Below, in pieces: positions 19,626-29,164 of a stretch of DNA of 64,000 nucleotides. The position numbers were made by a program, and so were the translations under genes. This stretch comes from Deltaproteobacteria bacterium CG11_big_fil_rev_8_21_14_0_20_45_16 (GTDB lineage: Bacteria; Bdellovibrionota; UBA2394), in assembly GCA_002787535.1 (NCBI GenBank), contig PCXB01000063.1, forward strand, positions 11,935 to 75,934. Reading direction: 5' to 3'. The notes below the pieces were generated by a model. The model worked only from the letters and a program-made list of their open reading frames with translations. It was not told where the DNA came from and did no database searches. Within the stretch, counting starts at the first letter, position 1. Every line of letters starts with the position of its first letter.

Positions 19626-20135
19626 TTAAAAAATGTATTGGATCGAAAGATCAAGTTCGAGGGCAACACTGTTTTTGCCTTGCCTGAAGATATAGCGGCC
19701 GAGACTATCCCCGTAAATCGCCCAGTCTGAACTTAAATAGTACCCAAGACCTACGCGGTAATCAACAAGCGGTGAAAATTTGGAGAGCCTCCGTTCCGTT
19801 CCCCCACCAACCGCCGCGCGAATAGCGTATGGATTAAAAAGTTCATAAACAACCAAATTGAGTTCAGCCATTTGCTTGGACTTATATTTATCGGATTGGC
19901 CCGCGAGTTCGTATTTGAAACTTTGATAGGTAAAGTCAAATTCGGACGTGATATAAAAATCTTTTTTATTCGCCAACGAATAACTCAGTCTAGCACCACC
20001 CGCCAATGCTCCGTTGTCGGATGAATCTGTTACGGATCCACCGCCTTTAATTTCTAGCATCAATCCGCGATCAATTTCGTATTCGAAAGATGATATCAGA
20101 AGTCCGCTAGTTATAAGGGCAAAAATACTTATCAC
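19626..20135 (-). CDS. Small outer-membrane beta-barrel protein
   Basis: Signal peptide, alternating beta-strand pattern, C-terminal ..SIQYIF aromatic signature. Confidence 0.7.
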   Translation of the reverse strand: MISIFALITSGLLISSFEYEIDRGLMLEIKGGGSVTDSSDNGALAGGARLSYSLANKKDFYITSEFDFTYQSFKYELAGQSDKYKSKQMAELNLVVYELFNPYAIRAAVGGGTERRLSKFSPLVDYRVGLGYYLSSDWAIYGDSLGRYIFRQGKNSVALELDLSIQYIF

Positions 20136-20166
20136 GGTTTTATTTTGAAGCCTTCATTCAAGAATG

Positions 20167-20793
20167 TCATTTCTTAAAAATTAAAGAATAAAGGGGCAGT
20201 TCTTTCTGTAGAAACAACTTTTTGAATAGGCTGGGGGGTTCGCTATGAAACAAATCTCCTTGGAGGCTCTGCATCATGGGGAAAAGTCCCTTTGAGGTTT
20301 GGACCTCCATGAGATGATTCCAATAGTCGGCATGATCAGACAAGAAGCAAAATCTCCCCCCTGGTTTTAGGATCCGATTCAAATGGAAATAGAGAGAGAG
20401 CCGAATCATGCGATGGCATTCATGCCGTTTCTTGGGCCAAGGATCCGGGAACTGAATCCATACTTCATCCCAAAAGTTTTCGGGGCTCATCGCTACAAAG
20501 TCCTCGATTTCGGAGCGCAGGCCTCGAGCTCCCAAGGCTTCCAATTTCTTTTGTGTTTTAAATATTCGCTTGTAACGGCGCTCGACACCGAGGCCGACAA
20601 AGTCAGGATATTTTTCAAGATACTGCGATAAAAAGTGTCCGTTGCCACACCCCAGATCAACCACACACTTTTTGTTTTTATAATGTTCGAAAACCCCGCT
20701 GGCCTCAACAGACATGAGTGGATGCTCGCGAACTCGCTGAACATACGGATTGAGATTTTCAAACTTGGCAGTTTTATACAAGTGCTTCACCAA
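20167..20793 (-). CDS. trmB: tRNA (guanine-N7)-methyltransferase
   Basis: DLGCGNGHF, LGVE, QFPDPWPKKRH, LKPGG..FLSDHADY. Confidence 0.92.
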   Translation of the reverse strand: MVKHLYKTAKFENLNPYVQRVREHPLMSVEASGVFEHYKNKKCVVDLGCGNGHFLSQYLEKYPDFVGLGVERRYKRIFKTQKKLEALGARGLRSEIEDFVAMSPENFWDEVWIQFPDPWPKKRHECHRMIRLSLYFHLNRILKPGGRFCFLSDHADYWNHLMEVQTSKGLFPMMQSLQGDLFHSEPPSLFKKLFLQKELPLYSLIFKK

Positions 20794-21544
20794 CCTTCAA
20801 AGACGGGGAGCTTAGTCCTAGTGGATTTTGGGGGTTCTTTTCAACAATTAAAAGCACGCTAGAACCAAGCTGAAAGGCGGCCAGGGCAGCCCCTTTCTTG
20901 ATTGTTTGATCAATCTTGCTCCATTTTCGTTCAGAAAATTGCCCGAAAGGCGTTGGCATTCTCGAAACGCCCATGGCACCCACACATAGAACATGGACCC
21001 ATCCTAGCTGAGGATGTTGGGTCCTAAAGCTTAGGCGCTCATTTTCGAGATAAAGATGTGGGATCAGTCGGCGGCCTAAAGCGTTAACTGGATAGGTCTT
21101 TCCCGGTACGCGGCAAGCCTCCCAGTGCTCCGCTTCGCAAGGGCTATGGACCCAATGATAATCGTTTGGCGCAAGATAGAGGTTCCAGAAATTTGAAGAC
21201 TTCCATGAGTCCTGAAATTCAAAAAATTCTTGCCAGTTATAGTCGATAGATTTGATCGAAATTGTTGAATTCAAATTAATTTTAGCAGGGCCTTCCATGC
21301 AAGTCGATTCTGTTGGCGAGACGAGAGCGGACGAAGATATAAAAATATCTCGTGATCGAAGAAAATACTGGCCGAGCTTTTTGTGTGAGGCGATGGGTTC
21401 ATCCTCAATTTTGTATAGTTTTCGAAAGCCTGAGATTAAAATTCTATGAACGAAACTTCCCCACGGCCCATAAGCGATAAGATAGACGATCCGATTATGG
21501 ATCGGCACAATCATGCCAATGATAATTCGAAGAAGAAGCGTCAT
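20774..21544 (-). CDS. psd: Phosphatidylserine decarboxylase proenzyme
   Basis: YLAPNDYHWVHSP, ENER, VGAMGV, FQLGSSV self-cleavage motif. Confidence 0.85.
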   Translation of the reverse strand: MTLLLRIIIGMIVPIHNRIVYLIAYGPWGSFVHRILISGFRKLYKIEDEPIASHKKLGQYFLRSRDIFISSSALVSPTESTCMEGPAKINLNSTISIKSIDYNWQEFFEFQDSWKSSNFWNLYLAPNDYHWVHSPCEAEHWEACRVPGKTYPVNALGRRLIPHLYLENERLSFRTQHPQLGWVHVLCVGAMGVSRMPTPFGQFSERKWSKIDQTIKKGAALAAFQLGSSVLLIVEKNPQNPLGLSSPSLKVGEALV

Positions 21545-23028
21545 TTGACTTCATGAACTTTCACAAGATTGGTCGTGCCCGGCTTAGCAACCGGCGTTCC
21601 ACTGAGCATGACAAATCGAGTGCCTTTTCTCCACATCTTAAATTCCGTCAGAACTGGACGAGACAGGGCGGGCATTTCGTCTGTATGTTTCATTTTGCGA
21701 ATAATTCCGGGAATTACGCCCCAGACCACAGCCATTCGACGGCAAATGGCTTCAAATGGGCTGAGAGCAAAAATAATAGGCGATGGTCGAAGCCGAGATA
21801 CATAGCGAGCCGTCGCTCCAGAATGCGTAAACGCCACAATGGCCGACGCCTGCAAGTTACTCGTAATATGAACGGCCGCCGCCGTAACTCCGTGTCCGAT
21901 ATCTGTTACACTTTCGTGTAGACGAGTTTCTTGAATATCCGAGAAGCTTTGCTGGTACTGTTCAGTTCGCATAATAATTCGGGTCATGGTTTTGACACTT
22001 TCCAATGGAAATTGTCCGGAGGCCGTTTCAGCCGATAACATCACGGCATCCGTTCCATCCAATACAGCATTAGCAACGTCTGAAGCCTCCGCTCGAGTAG
22101 GGCGAGGACTTCGAGTCATACTCTCCAACATTTGGGTCGCGGTAATGACAAATTTGCCTTTTCGATTGGCAGCCCGAATCATTCTCTTTTGAAGGCCCGG
22201 AACTTTTTCCAGCGGACATTCGACGCCAAGATCACCACGGGCTACCATAATCCCATCCGCAACGTTGATGATTTCCTCTATGTTATGGACCGCTTGGCGA
22301 GTTTCAATCTTGGCGATCAAAGGTATGTCGGGTTGGCTCTTGATCAGTCGCCTTACTTTCATAATATCTTGAGCCTCAGAGATAAAACTAAGGGCAATGA
22401 AATCCACGCCATTTTTAAGACCAAAAGCGATGTCCTTTTTATCCTTGGGCGTAAGGCATGAAAATCCTTTTAAGCGTGTATCGGGAAGATTAACACCTTT
22501 ATTGTCTTTTAAGCTTCCGCCAAAAACCACACGTGTATGAATGGCACGTCCTCGAATTTTCTCAACAACCAAGAATATCAAGCCATCATCCAATAGAATG
22601 CGATGACCTACCTCGATATGTTGATGGAGATTCTTTAAGGAAATGCTTATCTGTCGAGAGCTGCCCACAACTTGATCCGTACGGACAATAAACTCGTCGT
22701 TTTTTCTAAGCTCCACAATGCCTTTTGGAAATTTACCAATTCGAATCTTGGGTCCTTGGATATCTTGGAGGATGCCCAAGTATTTACCTTCTTCCTTAGC
22801 AATTCGGCGTAAACTTTGAATGCTACGCAGGTGATCGGCGTGCGTGCCATGAGAAAAGTTGAGTCTAGCCACATCCATTCCTTCTCGAATCATTTGCCTC
22901 AATATCTTCGGATCCTGGCAGCTCGGGCCCATCGTGCAGACAATCTTCGCTCGTTTGAGGCGAATGCTTTCGCCTGTCAAAGGATTGCTACGATCGATTA
23001 ACTTAAAAAAATCAATTTCTGATTTCAT
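21541..23028 (-). CDS. pyk: Pyruvate kinase
   Basis: KIVCTMGP, RLNFSHG, IAKIE, MVARGDLG, ATQMLESM, PTRAE. Confidence 0.97.
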   Translation of the reverse strand: MKSEIDFFKLIDRSNPLTGESIRLKRAKIVCTMGPSCQDPKILRQMIREGMDVARLNFSHGTHADHLRSIQSLRRIAKEEGKYLGILQDIQGPKIRIGKFPKGIVELRKNDEFIVRTDQVVGSSRQISISLKNLHQHIEVGHRILLDDGLIFLVVEKIRGRAIHTRVVFGGSLKDNKGVNLPDTRLKGFSCLTPKDKKDIAFGLKNGVDFIALSFISEAQDIMKVRRLIKSQPDIPLIAKIETRQAVHNIEEIINVADGIMVARGDLGVECPLEKVPGLQKRMIRAANRKGKFVITATQMLESMTRSPRPTRAEASDVANAVLDGTDAVMLSAETASGQFPLESVKTMTRIIMRTEQYQQSFSDIQETRLHESVTDIGHGVTAAAVHITSNLQASAIVAFTHSGATARYVSRLRPSPIIFALSPFEAICRRMAVVWGVIPGIIRKMKHTDEMPALSRPVLTEFKMWRKGTRFVMLSGTPVAKPGTTNLVKVHEVK

Positions 23029-24068
23029 AAACTCTCTTTCATAAAATTTTCAAATTCTTTCGCGCGCGCCTTCCAGGACATTGTCTCCGCGCGCTCAAAT
23101 CCTTTTTTGGCCAAATTATTTCTAAAGTCTTCTTCGGTAAGAAGGCGATGAGCCATTGTTAAAAATTCTCGATTGTAAGAATCCTGAGTAGGCAGTCCAT
23201 CGATTAGAATGCCGGCATCACCAATTGTTTCCGGAAGGGCTCCCAAGCGAGTCGTCAGCGGGACGCATCTAGCGGCCATAGCTTCCATCGCAGTGATGCA
23301 ACTCGTTTCTTCAAAGTGACAAGGGTAAAAGAGAATAGAAGATTTCATAAACTTACGTGCCAAATCCTGTTGCAAAATACTCGTGTGTACATGGCAATCT
23401 GGCAAGCGAGCCAACTCTTCCTTGACCTTGCTATAGCGCGGATCCTCCGTCTGGTCGTATATTTCGTAGCTGCTAAAGATATGAAGTTCGAGTTCTGGAT
23501 TTCGAGTTTTGAGAGCATAAAATAGAGCCGGCACAAACTCGAGCCCACGATAAGGCGTTGATGAGTAGATCAGTCGCATAGGATTTTTATTTTCAGTCCC
23601 GGAGAAATGCTCAAGATGAATCCCATTTTGCAATATGTAGCATTTTTCCCGTGGGAATCCTGAACGAAGACTGATTTCAGTAGCTTGCCAGTGACTAACG
23701 CAAAGAAGCGCATCAATTCTATCACTGATTCGTTTGTCCCCGATTCCATAATTGGGGAACTGGTCATAAGAATCACCGGTCCAAAAAAATATCTTCTTCG
23801 TCTTCACTTTGTAAAAGCAAGGAATCCAGTCTCGGATGCAAATGAAAATATCAAACTCCGGCGCCTTTTCAATTTCAGCGGCCGGCAAATATTTGGGGAA
23901 CGAAGGGGGAGGCTTGGTGTGTGAGCCATAAATGTAAACTTCATGCCCCAGCTTTTGGAGTTCTTCGGCCATTCGAATCAAACCAGTTTCGGTTCCTCCA
24001 ACCGCTCGTTCTTCTAAACTTTTGGCGTGAATAGGAATAAGGCTTTTAGCGTAAAAGGCTATTTTCAT
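23025..24068 (-). CDS. Glycosyltransferase family 4
   Basis: GGTET, YSSTPYRGL, FEETSCITAMEAMAA (EX7E). Start ATG 24068 overlaps the astD stop (ATGA). Confidence 0.88.
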   Translation of the reverse strand: MKIAFYAKSLIPIHAKSLEERAVGGTETGLIRMAEELQKLGHEVYIYGSHTKPPPSFPKYLPAAEIEKAPEFDIFICIRDWIPCFYKVKTKKIFFWTGDSYDQFPNYGIGDKRISDRIDALLCVSHWQATEISLRSGFPREKCYILQNGIHLEHFSGTENKNPMRLIYSSTPYRGLEFVPALFYALKTRNPELELHIFSSYEIYDQTEDPRYSKVKEELARLPDCHVHTSILQQDLARKFMKSSILFYPCHFEETSCITAMEAMAARCVPLTTRLGALPETIGDAGILIDGLPTQDSYNREFLTMAHRLLTEEDFRNNLAKKGFERAETMSWKARAKEFENFMKESL

Positions 24069-25570
24069 TGAACCGCTCCAAAGATATTTTGTAATGGGCT
24101 GGGAAGGTCGGCGGTCGAGAAAGCTTCCGACTCTTTGAGATAACTGCGAGGGTAACTGCAGTAAAAATAACTGAATAAGCCAGCCGGCCAATTGTTACCG
24201 CTTTTCTTTGTGCCGCCAAATGGCAGAGCGCTGCTGGCGCCAACTGTGGTACGATTCCAATTTAACAAGCCAACACTAAGATGTTGATCAAGAAAGTTAA
24301 ACTTATTTTCGTCGCGGCTAAATACGGCCGATGCGAGTCCGTAGGGCGAGGCTTCGTGAAGTTCAACAAGATGTTCTTGATCCTCAAATGGAATCAGAAT
24401 CGTATTGGGTCCGAAGAGTTCTTCTTGAAGTAGAGGCTTTTGAACGTCGTCGTCGGGTTTTGAGGACTCAAAGACCGAGGGAAGAACAAGGCAATTATTT
24501 TTGTCCAAACGCTGGCTCATTTGGTGAACGACAAAGCCCTGGCTCGTAGCGGTCTGGCACTTGCTGATAAAATGATCAGCTGCTTCGGGAGAGATCATGC
24601 AACCCATAAATGTTTTATCGTCGGATGGATCGCCAATCCGGATTTTATTTGTTGCCATTAAAAACGCGTCTCGAAATTTATCCAATAGCGACTCTTGAAT
24701 AAAGAGCCGTGAAGCGCAGGAACACCTTTGGCCAGCCGTTGCAAAGGCGCTTAAAACAGATTCGCCGATAGCGCGATCAAAGTCAGCATCCTCAAAAATT
24801 ATACATGCGTTTTTTCCACCCAATTCCAGGGCGGCTAAGGTGGCAAGATCTGATCGAGTTTTTAAAAGTCGTTCGGTAATCCGGCGCCCGTTTTGATAAG
24901 AGCCTGTAAAGAAAACGCCTTTAACCAGAGTGTTTTCCACAAGGCATTGCCCCGACTCGGCACCCCCAGGGAGCATTTGAAAGGCGCCAACAGGAAATCC
25001 AGCCTCTTGAAAACAGCGAGCGTAAAGGCCCGCGCAGAGTGGACTATGTTCCGAAGTTTTAAAGATGACGGTATTACCTGCAAGCAGGGCAGGAATGATA
25101 TGACCGTTGGCTAGATGTAGGGGAAAATTGAAGGGACCGATTACAGCGCAGACGCCGCGAGCGAGTAGCTTCATTTCTTGTTTGCCCGTGCGCCCGGTGG
25201 CTTCGATTTGTTCAACCAAAGGCAATAAAGTATCAAGAGTGATTTGTATTTTATTGGAAAGGGCTTTGGCTTCTTGTCTAGATTCCCAGCGTGCTTTGCC
25301 AGATTCCAAAACAATTAAATTTTCAAATTCTGTTTCATGCTTCTCAAAACTCAATTTTAGCTTTTTAAGCAATTCAACGCGCTGGCTTCGAGCCAATGAA
25401 GAGAAGCTAGCAAACTCATCATGGGCTGTAGAAACGGCTTCCTGTACGAGACTTATATCCTCAAACCATCGGCAAAGTGGCTCATTGAGCCTATAGGGTT
25501 GAAGATCCGTCCATTCACGGCCTTTAAGCAAGGACCTAAACTGACCATCGAGATATGCTTCGACTATCAT
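24065..25570 (-). CDS. astD: Succinylglutamate-semialdehyde dehydrogenase-like aldehyde dehydrogenase
   Basis: GPFNFPLHLANGHIIPALLAGN, FTGS, ALELGGKN, GQRCSC, PFGG; adjacent to astA. Confidence 0.8.
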   Translation of the reverse strand: MIVEAYLDGQFRSLLKGREWTDLQPYRLNEPLCRWFEDISLVQEAVSTAHDEFASFSSLARSQRVELLKKLKLSFEKHETEFENLIVLESGKARWESRQEAKALSNKIQITLDTLLPLVEQIEATGRTGKQEMKLLARGVCAVIGPFNFPLHLANGHIIPALLAGNTVIFKTSEHSPLCAGLYARCFQEAGFPVGAFQMLPGGAESGQCLVENTLVKGVFFTGSYQNGRRITERLLKTRSDLATLAALELGGKNACIIFEDADFDRAIGESVLSAFATAGQRCSCASRLFIQESLLDKFRDAFLMATNKIRIGDPSDDKTFMGCMISPEAADHFISKCQTATSQGFVVHQMSQRLDKNNCLVLPSVFESSKPDDDVQKPLLQEELFGPNTILIPFEDQEHLVELHEASPYGLASAVFSRDENKFNFLDQHLSVGLLNWNRTTVGASSALPFGGTKKSGNNWPAGLFSYFYCSYPRSYLKESEAFSTADLPSPLQNIFGAVQ

Positions 25571-25577
25571 GGCCCAT

Positions 25578-25606
25578 AGGCTACTGAGGGGAAGCTGGGG
25601 AGTCCA
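25578..25606 (-). promoter_or_regulatory. Putative sigma70 promoter of the astD operon
   Basis: Minus strand TGGACT-17-TAGCCT-7 nt-ATG(25570). Confidence 0.5.
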
Positions 25607-25608
25607 GT

Positions 25609-26640
25609 TTAGAGGAGCGGGCTAATGACGACCGAAGACTCGTCATAGCTAAGTTCTGTGACGAGGCGAAGAACGTCCTCCGAGACCATAATTTTTGAGC
25701 CGTTTTCTACCCATTTGACATGAACGAGTAAGCAGTGGAAAGCCCCTTGCGCCATGAAGCCAAGGAGGACGCGATTGCCGCCATAATCGAGAGTTTTGGT
25801 GTCGATGCCAACGGCTTCCATTCGCTTAACCACGGTAACTTCGCTGACACGAGAGCCATAATGAGGTCCTCCATCAAAGGGGTCGACCGCATTTAAAAAA
25901 CTAAAGCCGATTTTCTCGAGTAAGACTTTGGCAGCGGCTGTTTGACGATTGGTTTGCCCGATCTCATCTTGAGCCTTTTGGTTGAAGAGGCAGGTGTAGA
26001 TGTCCTCGCGAGGAAATAGGTTTTTGATGAAGTCTTTATTGGTCCGCGAAAGGTGGTCAGCCTCTTTGTAGCTTAAGCCGGTAAATCTTTTTCCAAAGGC
26101 TTCCCAAAGTTCACTTGAACCCTGTTCATTAAATGGTGGCAAAAGCTCAGCAATCACATTTTCTTCAAATCTATCTGGAAACATGCCCATATAAATAAAG
26201 CGCGCATAAGAAAGTTGAGCACCCAAGCCGGCGACCGAAGAGCGATAGTCTGGATGGAGAATGAGTCCTCCAATTTCAGTCGGCCCATCGGTATCAAATT
26301 CAAACCGGAGCAGGCGATGTTGAACCTCAATATTTGTCGAAGGGTCGCGGTGGGTTTTGTTAAGAATCTCAAGATAGGTATGCGGGGATTGACGCGTCCC
26401 ATGTTTGGCAAAAATAAGAGAGCTGCCAACAATAATTTTTCGGAAGTAATCTTCGAGAATAAACATATAAAGGTTGTCGGCACGTCGCGAGCTTGGCTTT
26501 TTAAAGCTTTTGGCAGATCGCTCGATTTGTTCGCGAAGTTTGTCTGGATCGCTGGGGATATTGCCAGCGCTACCCAAATGTTTTGCCAAACTCAAAAGAG
26601 CTTCAAAATCCTCGGTCTTTACCTGCCTAAATACGAACAT
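25609..26640 (-). CDS. astA: Arginine N-succinyltransferase
   Basis: TEIGGLILHPDYR, LSYARF, IAEL, LWEAFG..FTGLSYKEADHLS, LEKIGF, VDPFDGGP. Confidence 0.88.
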   Translation of the reverse strand: MFVFRQVKTEDFEALLSLAKHLGSAGNIPSDPDKLREQIERSAKSFKKPSSRRADNLYMFILEDYFRKIIVGSSLIFAKHGTRQSPHTYLEILNKTHRDPSTNIEVQHRLLRFEFDTDGPTEIGGLILHPDYRSSVAGLGAQLSYARFIYMGMFPDRFEENVIAELLPPFNEQGSSELWEAFGKRFTGLSYKEADHLSRTNKDFIKNLFPREDIYTCLFNQKAQDEIGQTNRQTAAAKVLLEKIGFSFLNAVDPFDGGPHYGSRVSEVTVVKRMEAVGIDTKTLDYGGNRVLLGFMAQGAFHCLLVHVKWVENGSKIMVSEDVLRLVTELSYDESSVVISPLL

Positions 26641-26723
26641 GAATAAGGTAGTAGACCAAATTCAGGGATCGAATGTCCAGAAGGTCCTGAATCTAGGATA
26701 AGAATACAGTTAGAGGCGCCTTA

Positions 26724-28604
26724 TCAGCTAGCCTCCTGAATAGCCTTCACACTATCCAGATTTTCGACAGCCGATGAATCATAATTTTCTTTCAAGCTTA
26801 CTTTGCGGATAAGGCCTCTAAGGATTTTGCCGGAGCGAGTTTTGGGGAGTGCGGCACAAAATAAAATCTTTTCAGCCGATAAGGCTTTTCCCATTTTTGA
26901 CTGCAGTCGCTTTTGTAAGGATTCTTTCTTCTCCTCGGAAGCGAGGGAGGGATTTTTTAGAACCACAAAACAATAGACACATTCGCCCTTAATTTCATGG
27001 GGGATGCCGACTGCCGCAGATTCGGCGACGTCTAAATCTTCCATCAACGCCGATTCATATTCGTTGGGGCCAACTCTTTTGCCGGCGACTTTGATCGTGT
27101 CGTCACTTCGGCCTTTTAAATACCAAAGCCCATCTTCATCTATGAAAGCCCAATCGCCGTGGTACCAAACGTTCTCGCCAAATCGATCAAAATAAGTATG
27201 AAGATATTTATCTGGATCATGAAGAAAACCCTTCGTCATCGAGGGAAGGGGTGACAAGCAAACAAGATGGCCAAGACCGCTAGAGATCAACTTTCCGCTT
27301 TCATCCCAAGCTTGAGTCTTAACACCTAGCGCTGGGCCGCCAAGGCTGCAGGGTTTAAGCGCATCAAGCGGCGTGGGTGAAAGTAAGCATCCCATAATTT
27401 CAGTTCCCCCACTGATATTAATAATGGGGCATCGAGACTTCCCGACTTTTTCAAAAAACCACAGCCAGCTTTCCTCATCCCATGGTTCCCCCGTGGACCC
27501 AAGAATTCGAAGGTTGGAAAAATTTTGGGATTTTAGAAAGTTCGAATCAGATTTTTTAAGGACTCTTATCGCCGTCGGCGAAATTCCAAATTGCGTGACC
27601 TTATGATTTTCAAGCATTCGCCACAATCGATCCGTGTCTGGATAATCGGGGACACCCTCGTAAAGCAATACAGTTGCACCGTATTGAAGAGCGCCCAAGA
27701 GCTCCCAAGGGCCCATCATCCAACCGATATCCGTATACCAAAAAAAAACATCTGAAGAATGAACGTCAAAGCTATATCGATGTTCTTTCCCTGGTGTCGC
27801 AAGGACACCAAAATTGGTATGCACACAGGCTTTTGGTTTTCCTGTGGTTCCGGATGTATAAAGTAAGAGGCATTCCGCTTCAGCCGGCCTAGAGACAGAT
27901 CCTAATAGTGGGAAGTCTTTGTGACCCTTGTGAAATTCATTTCGGTTAAGTTGAAATACTTTCTTAACGCTTGGGCAGTCCGGAAGAATCTTTTCAAGCG
28001 TTTGATAAACCGGAACTTCTTTGCTGCGTCTATAGGTTTTGTCTTGAGTGATGACAAAGCGAATCTTGGCATCTTGAATTCGAGCTTTGATGGCCTCTTC
28101 ACCGTATCCTGAAAAAATAGGTACTATACTCATACCGGCCCGAAGCGTCCCAAAAAACGAGGCAACCATCTCGAGGCTCATAGGCATAAGTAGCGCAACA
28201 CGATCACCAGGTAGGCCCCCTGCCTCTTGCAAGAGGCCGCATACATACGAAGATTCACGTGCTAAATCTTCGAAGCTCCAGTGGATGGCTGAACTTTCGG
28301 AGTCCGCCTCGAAAATTAATGCCGTCTTATTGGCGCGCAATTGCAAATGTCGATCGACGCAATTTTCGACGATGGAAATTTCACCGCCCTCCGCCCACTT
28401 CGGCCAAGGGAGTCCTGCAGGAAGAAGGCGCTTGTAAGGGCTCGAAAACTTCAAGCCCATATCTTTTAACGCGACCTTCCAAAACCACTCCGTATTTTCT
28501 TCAGCCTTTTGTGCAAGCTCCTTATAATTTTTGCAGGCAGATATTTCGATAAGATTTTGGATATGACTTTTCGCTATCCAAGAGGCTTTAGGCTGATAAA
28601 TCAC
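26724..28604 (-). CDS. AMP-forming acyl-CoA synthetase (acetyl-CoA synthetase-like)
   Basis: YTSGTTGKPK, DIGWMMG, GSTGEP, ISGGTE, HGD, GRSDD, PKTRSGKILR. Confidence 0.92.
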   Translation of the reverse strand: MIYQPKASWIAKSHIQNLIEISACKNYKELAQKAEENTEWFWKVALKDMGLKFSSPYKRLLPAGLPWPKWAEGGEISIVENCVDRHLQLRANKTALIFEADSESSAIHWSFEDLARESSYVCGLLQEAGGLPGDRVALLMPMSLEMVASFFGTLRAGMSIVPIFSGYGEEAIKARIQDAKIRFVITQDKTYRRSKEVPVYQTLEKILPDCPSVKKVFQLNRNEFHKGHKDFPLLGSVSRPAEAECLLLYTSGTTGKPKACVHTNFGVLATPGKEHRYSFDVHSSDVFFWYTDIGWMMGPWELLGALQYGATVLLYEGVPDYPDTDRLWRMLENHKVTQFGISPTAIRVLKKSDSNFLKSQNFSNLRILGSTGEPWDEESWLWFFEKVGKSRCPIINISGGTEIMGCLLSPTPLDALKPCSLGGPALGVKTQAWDESGKLISSGLGHLVCLSPLPSMTKGFLHDPDKYLHTYFDRFGENVWYHGDWAFIDEDGLWYLKGRSDDTIKVAGKRVGPNEYESALMEDLDVAESAAVGIPHEIKGECVYCFVVLKNPSLASEEKKESLQKRLQSKMGKALSAEKILFCAALPKTRSGKILRGLIRKVSLKENYDSSAVENLDSVKAIQEAS

Positions 28605-28654
28605 AACTTATTGAGCTAGAAAGTCTAACTAAAATCAAGTCGAATTAGGCGCCT

Positions 28655-29098
28655 CTAGTTAGCTTGATCGGCTCGTTTGTTTTCGATTTCCGTTGCGATT
28701 TCCCTGGAGACAAAAAGGCTATCGACTTTCGCATTCAGAACGTCCTTTTCAAAAGGCTTGAGGATAATACCCGACACTTGAAATTTGACGGCTTGTCGAA
28801 TGACTTCTTCTGAGCATTTCCCGCTGATAAGAATAACTAAGGTGTTAGAAACTTGACTGTTTTCTCTAATTTTCTCTAGAAGCTGTAGGCCAGTCATGAT
28901 TGGCATATCCCAATCTGATATAATAAGATCAAAAGCTTTTCCGTCCTTTTGGGCGGTCAGAGCTTTGTTCAAACCATCCATTCCATTGGAGGAGTTCTCA
29001 ATATTTTTGTAACCAGCGCTCTCTAGGAACTCTCGGCAGATCTGTGAAATATCCTTTTCATCTTCAACGATCAAAATATTGATTTGGGATTTGTCCAT
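28655..29098 (-). CDS. CheY-like single-domain response regulator
   Basis: ILIVEDE, IISDWDMP, GLQLL, ILKPF. Confidence 0.92.
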   Translation of the reverse strand: MDKSQINILIVEDEKDISQICREFLESAGYKNIENSSNGMDGLNKALTAQKDGKAFDLIISDWDMPIMTGLQLLEKIRENSQVSNTLVILISGKCSEEVIRQAVKFQVSGIILKPFEKDVLNAKVDSLFVSREIATEIENKRADQAN

Positions 29099-29164
29099 TT
29101 AAAAAACTCCAGCCTTATGAACTAAAGTTCCATTATGGCCGAGTTTTGGCAAAGATGGGGAGCG

